Positions 16,401-32,300 are shown, counted from the stretch's first letter. The stretch is DNA of 64,000 nucleotides from Centroscyllium fabricii (GCA_051313645.2 JBNRSN020000470.1:186001-250000), one strand, 5' to 3'. Made by a program: numbers and translations. The notes: generated from the sequence alone by a model not told the origin.

Positions 16401-17350
16401 ATAATACCCGCCGTACTGGGGGAGATAATACCCGCCGTACTGGGGGAGATAATACCCGCCGTACTGGGGGAGATAATACCCGCCGTACTGGGGGAGATAA
16501 TACCCGCCGTACTGGGGGAGATGATACCCGCCGTACAGGGGGAGATGATACCCGCCGTACTGGGGGAGATGATACCCGCCGTACTGGGGGAGATAATACC
16601 CGCCGTACTGGGGGTGATAATACCCGCCGTACTGGAGGAGATAATACCCGCCGTACTGGGGGAGATAATACCCGCCGTACTGGGGGAGATAATACCCGCC
16701 GTACTGGAGGAGATAATACCCGCCGTACTGGGGGAGATAATACCCGCCGTACTGGAGGAGATAATACCCGCCGTACTGGAGGAGATAATACCCGCCGTAC
16801 TGGGGGAGATAATACCCGCCGTACGGGGGGAGATAATACCCGCCGTACTGGGGGTGTTAATACCCGCCGTACTGGAGGAGATAATACCCGCCGTACGGAG
16901 GGAGATAATACCCGCCGTACTGGGGGTGATAATACCCGCCGTACTGGAGGAGATAATACCCGCCGTACTGGAGGAGATAATACCCGCCGTACTGGGGGAG
17001 ATAATACCCGCCGTACGGGGGGAGATGATACCCGCCGTACTGGAGGAGATGATACCCGCCGTACTGGGGGTGTTAATACCCGCCGTACTGGAGGAGATAA
17101 TACCCGCCGTACGGAGGGAGATAATAACCGCCGTACTGGGGGTGATAATACCCGCCGTACTGGGGGTGATAATACCCGCCGTACTGGGGGAGATAATACC
17201 CGCCGTACGGGGGGAGATGATACCCGCCGTACTGGAGGAGATGATACCCGCCGTGCTGGGAGAGATAATACCCGCCGTACTGGTGGAGATAATACCCGCC
17301 GTACTGGAGGAGATAATACCCGCCGTACTGGCGGAGATAATAACCGCCGT
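1406..17350. repeat. Regular HOR domain: units of 2.4-3.6 kb (100-150 monomers)
   Basis: The rare monomer pair ACCTTCCGCACTGGAAGAGATAATACCTGACGCAC recurs at 3701, 6223, 9417, 11939 and 14317. Unit boundaries carry extra-G monomers (G8 at 1406-1413; paired G7 at ~4984/5009, ~7458/7483, ~10700/10725, ~13102/13127, ~15767/15792). Equivalent positions 1437, 5039, 7513, 10755, 13157 and 15822 are spaced 3602, 2474, 3242, 2402 and 2665 bp. Confidence 0.92.
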
Positions 17351-20300
17351 ACTGGGGTGATAATACCCGCCGTACTGGGGTAGATAATACCCGCCGTACT
17401 GGGGTAGATAATACCCGCCGTACTGGGGGAGATAATACCCGCCGTACTGGGGGAGATAATACCCGCCGTACGGGGGGAGATAATACCAGCCGTACGGGGG
17501 GAGATAATACCCGCCGTACGGGGGGTGATAATACCAGCCGTACTGGGGCAGGTAATACCCGCCGTACGGGGTTGATAATACCTGCCATACGGGGGGTGAT
17601 AATACCCTCCATATTGGTGGAGATAATACCCGCCGTACTCGGGGTGATAATGCCCGCCGTACTGGGGGAGATAATACCCGCCGTACTGGGGGAGGTAATA
17701 CCCGCCGTACTGGAGGAGATAATACCGAACGTACTGGGAGTGATGATACCCGCCGTACTGGAGGAGATAATACCTGCCGTACTGGGGGAGATGATACCTG
17801 CCCTACTGGGAATAATAATACCCGCCGTACTGGGGGAGATAATACCCGCCGTACTGGGGGAGATAATACCAGCCGTACTGGGGGTGATAATACCCGCCGT
17901 ACTGGGGGAGATAATACCTGCTGTACTGGGGGAGATAATACCTGACGTACTGTGGGCGATAATTGCTGCCGTACTGGGGGAGATAATACCCGCCGTACTG
18001 GGGGAGATAATACCCGCCGTACTGGGGGAGATAATACCCGCCGTACTGGAGGAGATAATACCCTCCGTACTGGGGGAGATAATACCCGCTGTACTGGAGG
18101 AGATAATACACGCCGTACTGGGGGAGATAATACCTGCCGTACTGGGGGAGATAATAACCGCCGTACTGGGGGAGATTATACCCGCCGTACTGGGGGAGAT
18201 AATACCCGCCGTACAGGGGGAGATAATACCCGCCGTACTGGGGGAGATAATACCCGCCGTACTGGAGCAGATAATACCTGCCGTACTAGGGGAGATAATA
18301 CCCGCCGTACTGGAGGAGATAATACCCGCCGTACTGGAGGAGATTATACTTGCCGTACTGGGGGTGATAATACCCGCCGTACTGGGGGTGATAATACCCG
18401 CCATACTGCGTGAAATAATACCTGCCAAGTGGGGAGATAATACCTGCCGTATTGGGGGTGATAATACCTACCGTCCTGGGAAAGATAATACCTGCCGTAC
18501 TGGGGGAGATAATACCTGCCGTACTGGGTGAGATAATACTCGCCGTACTGGGTGAGATAATACCCGCCGTACTGGGTGAGATAATACCCGCCGTACTGGG
18601 GGAGATAATACCCGCCGTACTGGGGGAGATAATACCCGCCGTACTGGGGGAGATAATACCCGCCGTACTGGGGGAGATAATACCTGCCGTACTGGAGGCG
18701 ATAATACCCGCCGTACTGGAGGAGATAATACCCGCCGTACTGTGGGAGATAATACCCGCTGTACCGGAGGAGATAATACCCGCCGTACTGGTGATGATAA
18801 TACCCGCCGTACTGGAGGAGCTAATACCTGCCGTACTGGGGGAGATAATACCCGCCGTACTGGGGGAGATAATACCAGCCGTACTGGGGGAGATAATACC
18901 CGCCAAGTGGGGTGATGATACCCGCCGTACTGGGGGTGATAATACCTGCCGTACTTTGGGGAGATAATACCCACCGTACTGGGGGAGATAATACCCGCCG
19001 TACTGGGGGAGGTAATACCCGCCGTACTGGAGGAGATAATACCCAACGTACTGGGAGTGATGATACCCGCCGTACTGGGCGTGATAATACCCGCCGTACT
19101 GAGGGAGATAATACCCGCCGTACTGGGGGAGATAATACCCGCCGTACTGGGGGAGATAATACCCGCCGTACTGGAGGAGATAATACCCGCCGTACTGGGG
19201 CGTCATAATACCAGCCGTACTGGTGGTGATAATACCTGCCGTACTGGTTGCGATAATACCTGCTGTACTGGGGGAGATAATACCTGCCGTACTGGGGATG
19301 ATAATACCTGCCGTACTGGGAATGCTAATACCTGCCGTACTGGGGGGAATAATACCTGACGTATCTGTGGCCGATAATTGCTGCCGTACTCGGGGAGATA
19401 ATACCCGCCGTACTTGGGGTGATAATACCTGATGTACTGGGGGAGATAATACCCGCCATACTGGGGGAGATAATACCCGCCATATGGGGGGAGATAATAC
19501 CCGCCATACTGGGGGAGATAATACCCGCCATACGGGGGGAGATAATACCCGCCGTACGGGGGGAGATAATACCCGCCGTACTGGGGGTGATAATACCCGC
19601 CGTACTGGGGGAGATAATACCCGCCGTACTGGGGGAGATAATACCCGCCGTACTGGGGGAGATAATACCCGCCGTACTGGGGGAGATAATACCCGCCGTA
19701 CTGGGGGAGATAATACCCGCCGTACTGGGGGTGATAATACCTGATGTACTGGGGGAGATAATACCCGCCATACTGGGGGAGATAATACCTGATGTACTGG
19801 GGGAGATAATACCCGCCATACTGGGGGAGATAATACCTGCCGTACTGGGGGTGATAATACCTGATGTACTGGGGGAGATAATACCCGCCATACTGGGGGA
19901 GATAATACCCGCCGTACGGGGGGAGATAATACCCGCCGTACGGGGGGAGATAATACCCGCCGTACTGGGGGAGATAATACCCGCCATACGGGGGGAGATA
20001 ATACCCGCCGTACTGGGGGAGATAATACCCGCCGTACTGGGGGAGATAATACCCGCCGTACGGGAGGAGATAATACCCGCCATACTGGGGGAGATAATAC
20101 CCGCCGTACTGGGGGAGATAATACCCGCCGTACTGGGGGAGATAATACCCGCCGTACTGGGGGAGATAATACCCGCCGTACAGGGGGAGATGATACCCGC
20201 CGTACTGGGGGAGATGATACCCGCCGTACTGGGGGAGATAATACCCGCCGTACTGGGGGAGATAATACCCGCCGTACTGGGGGAGATAATACCCGCCGTA

Positions 20301-23300
20301 CTGGGGGAGATAATACCCGCCGTACAGGGGGAGATGATACCCGCTGTACTGGGGGAGATGATACCCGCCGTACTGGGGGAGATAATACCCGCCGTACTGG
20401 GGGTGATAATACCCGCCGTACTGGAGGAGATAATACCCGCCGTACTGGGGGAGATAATACCCGCCGTACGGGGGGAGATAATACCCGCCGTACTGGAGGA
20501 GATAATATCCGCCGTACTGGGGGAGATAATATCCGCCGTACTGGGGGCGATAATACCCGCCGTACGGAGGGAGATAATACCCGCCGTACTGGGGGAGATA
20601 ATACCCGCCGTACTGGAGGAGATTATACCCGCCGTACTGGGGGAGATAATACCCGCCGTACTGGAGGAGATAATACCCGCCGTACTGGAGGAGATAATAC
20701 CCGCCGTACTGGGGGAGATAATACCCGCCGTACGGGGGGAGATAATACCCGCCGTACTGGGGGTGTTAATACCCGCCGTACTGGAGGAGATAATACCCGC
20801 CGTACTGGGGGAGATAATAATCGCCGTACTGGGGGTGATAATACCCGCCGTACTGGGGGTGATAATACCCGCCGTACTGGGGGAGATGATACCCGCCGTA
20901 CGGGGGGAGATGATACCCGCCGTACTGGAGGAGATAATACCCGCCGTGCTGGGAGAGATAATACCCGCCGTACTGGTGGAGATAATACCCGCCGTACTGG
21001 AGGAGATAATACCCGCCGTACTGGCGGAGATAATAACCGCCGTACTGGGGTGATAATACCCGCCGTACTGGGGGAGATAATACCCGCCGTACTGGGGGAG
21101 ATAATACCCGCCGTACTGGGGGAGATAATACCCGCCGTACGGGGGGAGATAATACCAGCCGTACGGGGGGTGATAATACCAGCCGTACTGGGGCAGGTAA
21201 TACCCGCCGTACGGGGTTGATAATACCTGCCATACGGGGGGTGATAATACCCTCCGTATTGGTGGAGATAATACCCGCCGTACTCGGGGTGATAATGCCC
21301 GCCGTACTGGGGGAGATAATACCCGCCGTACTGGGGGAGGTAATACCCGCCGTACTGGAGGAGATAATACCGAACGTACTGGGAGTGATGATACCTGCCG
21401 TACTGGAGGAGATAATACCTGCCGTACTGGGGGAGATGATACCTGCCCTACTGGGAATAATAATACCCGCCGTACTGGGGGAGATAATACCCGCCGTACT
21501 GGGGGAGATAATACCAGCCGTACTGGGGGTGATAATACCCGCCGTACTGGTTGCGATAATACCTGCTGTACTGGGGGAGATAATACCTGACGTACTGTGG
21601 GCGATAATTGCTGCCGTACTCGGGGAGATAATACCTGCCGTACTGGGGGAGATAATACCCGCCGTACTGGGGGAGATAATACCCGCCGTACTGGAGGAGA
21701 TAATACCCTCCGTACTGGGGGAGATAATACCCGCTGTACTGGAGGAGATAATACACGCCGTACTGGGGGAGATAATACCTGCCGTACTGGGGGAGATAAT
21801 ACCCGCCGTACTGGGGGAGATAATACCCGCCGTACTGGGGGAGATAATACCCGCCGTACAGGGGGAGATAATACCCGCCGTACTGGGGGAGATAATACCT
21901 GCCGTACTAGGGGAGATAATACCCGCCGTACTGGAGGAGATAATACCCGCCGTACGGGAGGAGATTATACTTGCCGTACTGGGGGTGATAATACCCGCCG
22001 TACTGCGTGAGATAATACCTGCCAAGTGGGGAGATAATACCTGCCGTATTGGGGGTGATAATACCTACCGTCCTGGGAAAGATAATACCTGCCGTACTGG
22101 GGGAGATAATACCTGCCGTACTGGGTGAGATAATACTCGCCGTACTGGGTGAGATAATACTCGCCGTACTGGGTGAGATAATACCCGCCGTACTGGGTGA
22201 GATAATACCCGCCGTACTGGGGGAGATAATACCCGCCGTACTGGGGAGATAATACCCGCCGTACTGGGGGAGATAATACCTGCCGTACTGGAGGCGATAA
22301 TACCCGCCGTACTGGAGGAGATAATACCCGCTGTACCGGAGGAGATAATACCCGCCGTACTGGGGATGATAATACCCGCCGTACTGGGTGAGATAATACT
22401 CGCCGTACTGGGTGAGATAATACTCGCCGTACTGGGTGAGATAATACCCGCCGTACTGGGTGAGATAATACCCGCCGTACTGGGGGAGATAATACCCGCC
22501 GTACTGGGGAGATAATACCCGCCGTACTGGGGGAGATAATACCTGCCGTACTGGAGGCGATAATACCCGCCGTACTGGGGGAGATAATACCCGCCGTACT
22601 GGGGGAGATAATACCCGCCGTACTGGGGGAGATAATACCCGCCGTACTGGCGGAGATAATAACCGCCGTACTGGGGTGATAATACCCGCCGTACTGGGGG
22701 AGATAATACCCGCCGTACTGGGGTAGATAATACCCGCCGTACTGGGGGAGATAATACCCGCCGTACGGGGGGAGATAATACCAGCCGTACGGGGGGAGAT
22801 AATACCCGCCGTACGGGGGGTGATAATACCAGCCGTACTGGGGCAGGTAATACCCGCCGTACGGGGTTGATAATACCTGCCATACGGGGGGTGATAATAC
22901 CCTCCATATTGGTGGAGATAATACCCGCCGTACTCGGGGTGATAATGCCCGCCGTACTGGGGGAGATAATACCCGCCGTACTCGGGGAGGTAATACCCGC
23001 CGTACTGGAGGAGATAATACTGAACGTACTGGGAGTGATGATACCCGCCGTACTGGAGGAGATAATACCTGCCGTACTGGGGGAGATGATACCTGCCCTA
23101 CTGGGAATAATAATACCCGCCGTACTGGGGGAGATAATACCCGCCGTACTGGGGGAGATAATACCAGCCGTACTGGGGGTGATAATACCCGCCGTACTGG
23201 TTGCGATAATACCTGCTGTACTGGGGGAGATAATACCTGACGTACTGTGGGCGATAATTGCTGCCGTACTCGGGGAGATAATACCTGCCGTACTGGGGGA

Positions 23301-26300
23301 GATAATACCCGCCGTACTGGGGGAGATAATACCTGCCGTACTGGAGGCGATAATACCCGCCGTACTGGGGGAGATAATACCCGCCGTACTGGAGCAGATA
23401 ATACCTGCCGTACTAGGGGAGATAATACCCGCCGTACTGGAGGAGATAATACCCGCCGTACGGGAGGAGATTATACTTGCCATACTGGGGGTGATAATAC
23501 CCGCCGTACTGGGGGTGATAATACCCGCCGTACTGCGTGAAATAATACCTGCCAAGTGGGGAGATAATACCTGCCGTACTGGGGGAGATAATACCTGCCG
23601 TACTGGGTGAGATAATACCCGCCGTACTGGGTGAGATAATACCCGCCGTACTGGGGGAGATAATACCCGCCGTACTGGGGGAGATAATACCCGCCGTACT
23701 GGGGGAGATAATACCTGCCGTACTGGAGGCGATAATACCCGCCGTACTGGAGGAGATAATACCCGCCGTACTGTGGGAGATAATACCCGCTGTACCGGAG
23801 GAGATAATACCCGCCGTACTGGTGATGATAATACCCGCCGTACTGGAGGAGCTAATACCTGCCGTACTGGGGGAGATAATACCCGCCGTACTGGGGGAGA
23901 TAATACCAGCCGTACTGGGGGAGATAATACCCGCCAAGTGGGGTGATGATACCCGCCGTACTGGGGGTGATAATACCTGCCGTACTTGGGGAGATAATAC
24001 CCACCGTACTGGGGGAGATAATACCCGCCGTACTGGGGGAGGTAATACCCGCCGTACTGGAGGAGATAATACCCAACGTACTGGGAGTGATGATACCCGC
24101 CGTACTGGGCGTGATAATACCCGCCGTACTGAGGGAGATAATACCCGCCGTACTGGGGGAGATAATACCCGCCGTACTGGGGATGATAATACCTGCCGTA
24201 CTGGGAATGGTAATACCTGCCGTACTGGGGGGAATAATACCTGACGTATCTGTGGCCGATAATTGCTGCCGTACTCGGGGAGATAATACCCGCCGTACTT
24301 GGGGTGATAATACCTGATGTACTGGGGGAGATAATACCCGCCATACTGGGGGAGATAATACCCGCCATATGGGGGGAGATAATACCCGCCGTACGGGGGG
24401 GAGATAATACCCGCCGTACTGGGGGTGATAATACCCGCCATACTGGGGGAGATAATACCCGCCATACGGGGGGAGATAATACCCGCCGTACTGGGGGAGA
24501 TAATACCCGCCGTACTGGGGGAGATAATACCCGCCGTACTGGGGGAGATAATACCCGCCGTACTGGGGGAGATAATACCCGCCGTACTGGGGGTGATAAT
24601 ACCTGATGTACTGGGGGAGATAATACCCGCCATACTGGGGGAGATAATACCTGATGTACTGGGGGAGATAATACCCGCCATACTGGGGGAGATAATACCC
24701 GCCGTACTGGGGGTGATAATACCTGATGTACTGGGGGAGATAATACCCGCCATACTGGGGGAGATAATACCCGCCATACGGGGGGAGATAATACCCGCCG
24801 TACGGGGGGAGATAATACCCGACGTACTGGGGGTGATAATACCCGCCGTACTGGGGGAGATAATACCCGCCATACGGGGGGAGATAATACCCGCCGTACT
24901 GGGGGAGATAATACCCGCCGTACTGGGGGAGATAATACCCGCCGTACGGGAGGAGATAATACCCGCCATACTGGGGGAGATAATACCCGCCGTACTGGGG
25001 GAGATAATACCCGCCGTACTGGGGGAGATAATACCCGCCGTACTGGGGGAGATAATACCCGCCGTACTGGGGGAGATAATACCCGCCGTACTGGGGGAGA
25101 TAATACCCGCCGTACTGGGGGAGATAATACCCGCCGTACAGGGGGAGATGATACCCGCCGTACTGGGGGTGATGATACCCGCCGTACTGGGGGAGATAAT
25201 ACCCGCCGTACTGGGGGAGATAATACCCGCCGTACTGGGGGAGATAATACCCGCCGTACTGGGGGAGATAATACCCGCCGTACTGGGGGAGATAATACCC
25301 GCCGTACAGGGGGAGATGATACCCGCCGTACTGGGGGAGATGATACCCGCCGTACTGGGGGTGATAATACCCGCCGTACTGGAGGAGATAATACCCGCCG
25401 TACTGGGGAGATAATACCCGCCGTACGGGGGGAGATAATACCCGCCGTACTGGAGGAGATAATATCCGCCGTACTGGGGGAGATAATATCCGCCGTACTG
25501 GGGGAGATAATACCCGCCGTACGGAGGGAGATAATACCCGCCGTACTGGGGGAGATAATACCCGCCGTACTGGAGGAGATAATACCCGCCGTACTGGAGG
25601 AGATAATACCCGCCGTACTGGAGGAGATAATACCCGCCGTACTGGGGGAGATAATACCCGCCGTACGGGGGGAGATAATACCCGCCGTACTGGGGGTGTT
25701 AATACCCGCCGTACTGGAGGAGATAATACCCGCCGTACGGAGGGAGATAATACCCGCCGTACTGGGGGTGATAATACCCGCCGTACTGGAGGAGATAATA
25801 CCCGCCGTACTGGAGGAGATAATACCCGCCGTACTGGGGGAGATAATAACCGCCGTACTGGGGGTGATAATACCCGCCGTACTGGGGGTGATAATACCCG
25901 CCGTACTGGGGGAGATGATACCCGCCGTACGGGGGGAGATGATACCCGCCGTACTGGAGGAGATAATACCCGCCGTGCTGGGAGAGATAATACCCGCCGT
26001 ACTGGTGGAGATAATACCCGCCGTACTGGAGGAGATAATACCCGCCGTACTGGCGGAGATAATAACCGCCGTACTGGGGTGATAATACCCGCCGTACTGG
26101 GGGAGATAATACCCGCCGTACTGGGGGAGATAATACCCGCCGTACTGGGGGAGATAATACCCGCCGTACGGGGGGAGATAATACCAGCCGTACGGGGGGT
26201 GATAATACCAGCCGTACTGGGGCAGGTAATACCCGCCGTACGGGGTTGATAATACCTGCCATACGGGGGGTGATAATACCCTCCGTATTGGTGGAGATAA

Positions 26301-29300
26301 TACCCGCCGTACTCGGGGTGATAATGCCCGCCGTACTGGGGGAGATAATACCCGCCGTACTGGGGGAGGTAATACCCGCCGTACTGGAGGAGATAATACC
26401 GAACGTACTGGGAGTGATGATACCTGCCGTACTGGAGGAGATAATACCTGCCGTACTGGGGGTGATAATACCCGCCGTACTGGTTGCGATAATACCTGCT
26501 GTACTGGGGGAGATAATACCTGACGTACTGTGGGCGATAATTGCTGCCGTACTCGGGGAGATAATACCTGCCGTACTGGGGGAGATAATACCCGCCGTAC
26601 TGGGGGAGATAATACCCGCCGTACTGGAGGAGATAATACCCTCCGTACTGGGGGAGATAATACCCGCTGTACTGGAGGAGATAATACACGCCGTACTGGG
26701 GGAGATAATACCTGCCGTACTGGGGGAGATAATACCCGCCGTACTGGGGGAGATTATACCCGCCGTACTGGGGGAGATAATACCCGCCGTACAGGGGGAG
26801 ATAATACCCGCCGTACTGGGGGAGATAATACCCGCCGTACTGGAGCAGATAATACCTGCCGTACTAGGGGAGATAATACCCGCCGTACTGGAGGAGATAA
26901 TACCCGCCGTACTGGGGGTGATAATACCCGCCGTACTGCGTGAGATAATACCTGCCAAGTGGGGAGATAATACCTGCCGTATTGGGGGTGATAATACCTA
27001 CCGTCCTGGGAAAGATAATACCTGCCGTACTGGGGGAGATAATACCTGCCGTACTGGGTGAGATAATACTCGCCGTACTGGGTGAGATAATACCCGCCGT
27101 ACTGGGTGAGATAATACCCGCCGTACTGGGGGAGATAATACCCGCCGTACTGGGGAGATAATACCCGCCGTACTGGGGGAGATAATACCTGCCGTACTGG
27201 AGGCGATAATACCCGCCGTACTGGGGGAGATAATACCTGCCGTACTGTGGGAGATAATACCCGCTGTACCGGAGGAGATAATACCCGCCGTACTGGGGAT
27301 GATAATACCCGCCGTACTGGAGGAGCTAATACCTGCCGTACTGGGGGAGATAATACCCGCCGTACTGGGGGAGATAATACCAGCCGTACTGGGGGAGATA
27401 ATACCCGCCAAGTGGGGTGATGATACCCGCTGTACTGGGGGTGATAATACCTGCCGTACTTGGGGAGATAATACCCACCGTACTGGGGGAGATAATACTC
27501 GCCGTACTGGGGGAGGTAATACCCGCCGTACTGGAGGAGATAATACCCAACGTACTGGGAGTGATGATACCCGCCGTACTGGGCGTGATAATACCCGCCG
27601 TACTGAGGGAGATAATACCCGCCGTACTGGAGGAGATAATACCCGCCGTACTGGGGCGTCATAATACCAGCCGTACTGGGGGTGATAATACCTGCCGTAC
27701 TGGTTGCGATAATACCTGCTGTACTGGGGGAGATAATACCTGCCGTACTGGGGATGATAATACCTGCCGTACTGGGAATGGTAATACCTGCCGTACTGGG
27801 GGGAATAATACCTGACGTATCTGTGGCCGATAATTGCTGCCGTACTCGGGGAGATAATACCTGCCGTACTGGAGGAGATAATACCCGCCGTACTGGGGGA
27901 GATAATACCCGCCGTACTGGGGGAGATAATACCTGCCGTACTGGTGGACATAATACCTGCCGTACTGGGGGAGATAATAGCTTCCGTACTGGGGGAGATA
28001 AAACCTGCCGTACTGGGGGAGATAATACGTGCCGTACTGGGGGTGATAATACGTGCCGTACTGGGGGAGATAATACGTGCCATACTGGTTTGATAATACC
28101 TGCCGTACTGGGGGTGATAATACCCGCCGTGCTGGGGGAGATAATACCCGCCGTACTGGGGGTGATAACACCTGATGCAGTGGGGGTGATCATACCTGCC
28201 ATACTGGGGGTGATAATACCCGCCGTACTGGGGGAGATAATACCCGCCGTACTGGGGGAGATAATAACCGCCGTACTGGGGGTGATAATACCCGCCGTAC
28301 TGGGGGAGATAATACCCGCTGTACTGGGGGTGATAATACCCGCCGTACTGGGGGAGATAATACCCGCCGTACGGGGGGAGATGATACCCGCCGTACTGGG
28401 GGTGATAATACCCGCCGTACTGGGGGAGATAATACCCGCCGTACTGGTGGAGATAATACCCGCCGTACTGGGGGAGATAATACCCGCCGTACTGGGGGAG
28501 ATAATACCCGCCGTACTGGGGGTGATAATACCCGCCGTACTGGGGGAGATAATACCCGCCGTACTGGGGGAGATAATACCCGCCGTACGGGGGGAGATGA
28601 TACCCGCCGTACTGGGGGTGATAATACCCGCCGTACTGGGGGAGATAATACCCGCCGTACTGGAGGAGATCATACCCGCCGTACTGGGGGAGATAATACC
28701 CGCCGTACTGGGGGAGATAATACCCGCCGTACTGGGGGAGATAATACCCGCCGTACTGGGGGAGATAATACCCGCCGTACTGGAGGAGATAATACCCGCC
28801 GTACTGGGGGAGATAATACCCGCCGTACGGGGGGAGATAATACCAGCCGTACGGGGGGAGATAATACCCGCCGTACGGGGGGTGATAATACCAGCCGTAC
28901 TGGGGCAGGTAATACCCGCCGTACGGGGTTGATAATACCTGCCATACGGGGGGTGATAATACCCTCCGTATTGGTGGAGATAATACCCGCCGTACTCGGG
29001 GTGATAATACCCGCCGTACTGGGGGAGATAATACCCGCCGTACTGGAGGAGATAATACCGAACGTACTGGGAGTGATGATACCCGCCGTACTGGAGGAGA
29101 TAATACCTGCCGTACTGGGGGAGATGATACCTGCCCTACTGGGAATAATAATACCCGCCGTACTGGGGGAGATAATACCCGCCGTACTGGGGGAGATAAT
29201 ACCAGCCGTACTGGGGGTGATAATACCCGCCGTACTGGTTACGATAATACCTGCTGTACTGGGGGAGATAATACCTGACGTACTGTGGGCGATAATTGCT

Positions 29301-32300
29301 GCCGTACTCGGGGAGATAATACCTGCCGTACTGGGGGAGATAATACCCGCCGTACTGGGGGAGATAATACCCGCCGTACTGGAGGAGATAATACCCTCCG
29401 TACTGGGGGAGATAATACCCGCTGTACTGGAGGAGATAATACATGCCGTACTGGGGGAGATAATACCTGCCGTACTGGGGGAGATAATACCCGCCGTACT
29501 GGGGGAGATTATACCCGCCGTACTGGGGGAGATTATACCCGCCGTACTGGGGGAGATAATACCCGCCGTACAGGGGGAGATAATACCCGCCGTACTGGGG
29601 GAGATAATACCCGCCGTACTGGAGCAGATAATACCCGCCGTACTAGGGGAGATAATACCCGCCGTACTGGAGGAGATAATACCCGCCGTACTGGAGGAGA
29701 TTATACTTGCCGTACTGGGGGTGATAATACCCGCCGTACTGGGGGTGATAATACCCGCCATACTGCGTGAGATAATACCTGCCAAGTGGGGAGATAATAC
29801 CTGCCGTATTGGGGGTGATAATACCTACCGTCCTGGGAAAGATAATACCTGCCGTACTGGGGGAGATAATACCTGCCGTACTGGGTGAGATAATACTCGC
29901 CGTACTGGGTGAGATAATACTCGCCGTACTGGGTGAGATAATACCCGCCGTACTGGGTGAGATAATACCCGCCGTACTGGGGGAGATAATACCCGCCGTA
30001 CTGGGGAGATAATACCCGCCGTACTGGGGGAGATAATACCTGCCGTACTGGAGGCGATAATACCCGCCGTACTGGAGGAGATAATATCCGCCGTACTGTG
30101 GGAGATAATACCCGCTGTACCGGAGGAGATAATACCCGCCGTACTGGGGATGATAATACCCGCCGTACTGGAGGAGCTAATACCTGCCGTACTGGGGGAG
30201 ATAATACCCGCCGTACTGGGGGAGATAATACCCGCCGTACTGGGGGAGATAATACCCGCCGTACTGGGGGAGATAATACCTGCCGTACTGGTGGACATAA
30301 TACCTGCCGTACTGGGGGAGATAATAGCTTCCGTACTGGGGGAGATAAAACCTGCCGTACTGGGGGAGATAATACGTGCCGTACTGGGGGTGATAATACG
30401 TGCCGTACTGGGGGAGATAATACGTGCCATACTGGTTTGATAATACCTGCCGTACTGGGGGTGATAATACCCGCCGTGCTGGGGGAGATAATACCCGCCG
30501 TACTGGGGGAGATAATACCCGCCGTACTGGGGGAGATAATAACCGCCGTACTGGGGGTGATAATACCCGCCGTACTGGGGGTGATAATACCCGCCGTACT
30601 GGGGGAGATAATACCCGCCGTACGGGGGGAGATGATACCCGCCGTACTGGAGGAGATAATACCCGCCGTACTGGTGGAGATAATACCCGCCGTACTGGGG
30701 GAGATAATACCCGCCGTACTGGGGGAGATAATACCCGCCGTACTGGGGGAGATAATACCCGCCGTACGGGGGGAGATAATACCCGCCGTACGGGGGGAGA
30801 TAATACCAGCCGTACGGGGGGAGATAATACCCGCCGTACGGGGGGTGATAATACCAGCCGTACTGGGGCAGGTAATACCCGCCGTACGGGGTTGATAATA
30901 CCTGCCATACGGGGGGTGATAATACCCTCCGTATTGGTGGAGATAATACCCGCCGTACTCGGGGTGATAATACCCGCCGTACTGGGGGAGATAATACCCG
31001 CCGTACTGGGGGAGGTAATACCCGCCGTACTGGAGGAGATAATACCGAACATACTGGGAGTGATGATACCCGCCGTACTGGAGGAGATAATACCTGCCGT
31101 ACTGGGGGAGATGATACCTGCCCTACTGGGAATAATAATACCCGCCGTACTGGGGGAGATAATACCCGCCGTACTGGGGGAGATAATACCAGCCGTACTG
31201 GGGGTGATAATACCCGCCGTACTGGTTACGATAATACTGCTGTACTGGGGGAGATAATACCTGACGTACTGTGGGCGATAATTGCTGCCGTACTCGGGGA
31301 GATAATACCTGCCGTACTGGGGGAGATAATACCCGCCGTACTGGGGGAGATAATACCCGCCGTACTGGAGGAGATAATACCCTCCGTACTGGGGGAGATA
31401 ATACCCGCTGTACTGGAGGAGATAATACACGCCGTACTGGGGGAGATAATACCTGCCGTACTGGGGGAGATAATACCCGCCGTACTGGGGGAGATTATAC
31501 CCGCCGTACTGGGGGAGATAATACCCGCCGTACAGGGGGAGATAATACCCGCCGTACTGGGGGAGATAATACCCGCCGTACTGGAGCAGATAATACCCGC
31601 CGTACTAGGGGAGATAATACCCGCCGTACTGGGGGTGATAATACCCGCCATACTGCGTGAGATAATGCCTGCCAAGTGGGGAGATAATACCTGCCGTATT
31701 GGGGGTGATAATACCTACCGTCCTGGGAAAGATAATACCTGCCGTACTGGGGGAGATAATACTCGCCGTACTGGGTGAGATAATACTCGCCGTACTGGGT
31801 GAGATAATACTCGCCGTACTGGGTGAGATAATACTCGCCGTACTGGGTGAGATAATACTCGCCGTACTGGGTGAGATAATACCCGCCGTACTGGGTGAGA
31901 TAATACCCGCCGTACTGGGGGAGATAATACCCGCCGTACTGGGGAGATAATACCCGCCGTACTGGGGGAGATAATACCCGCCGTACTGGAGGAGATAATA
32001 TCCGCCGTACTGTGGGAGATAATACCCGCTGTACCGGAGGAGATAATACCCGCCGTACTGGGGATGATAATACCCGCCGTACTGGAGGAGCTAATACCTG
32101 CCGTACTGGGGGAGATAATACCCGCCGTACTGGGGGAGATAATACCCGCCGTACTGGGGGAGATAATACCAGCCGTACTGGGGGAGATAATACCCGCCAA
32201 GTGGGGTGATGATACCCGCCGTACTGGGGGTGATAATACCTGCCGTACTTGGGGAGATAATACCCACCGTACTGGGGGAGATAATACCCGCCGTACTGGG

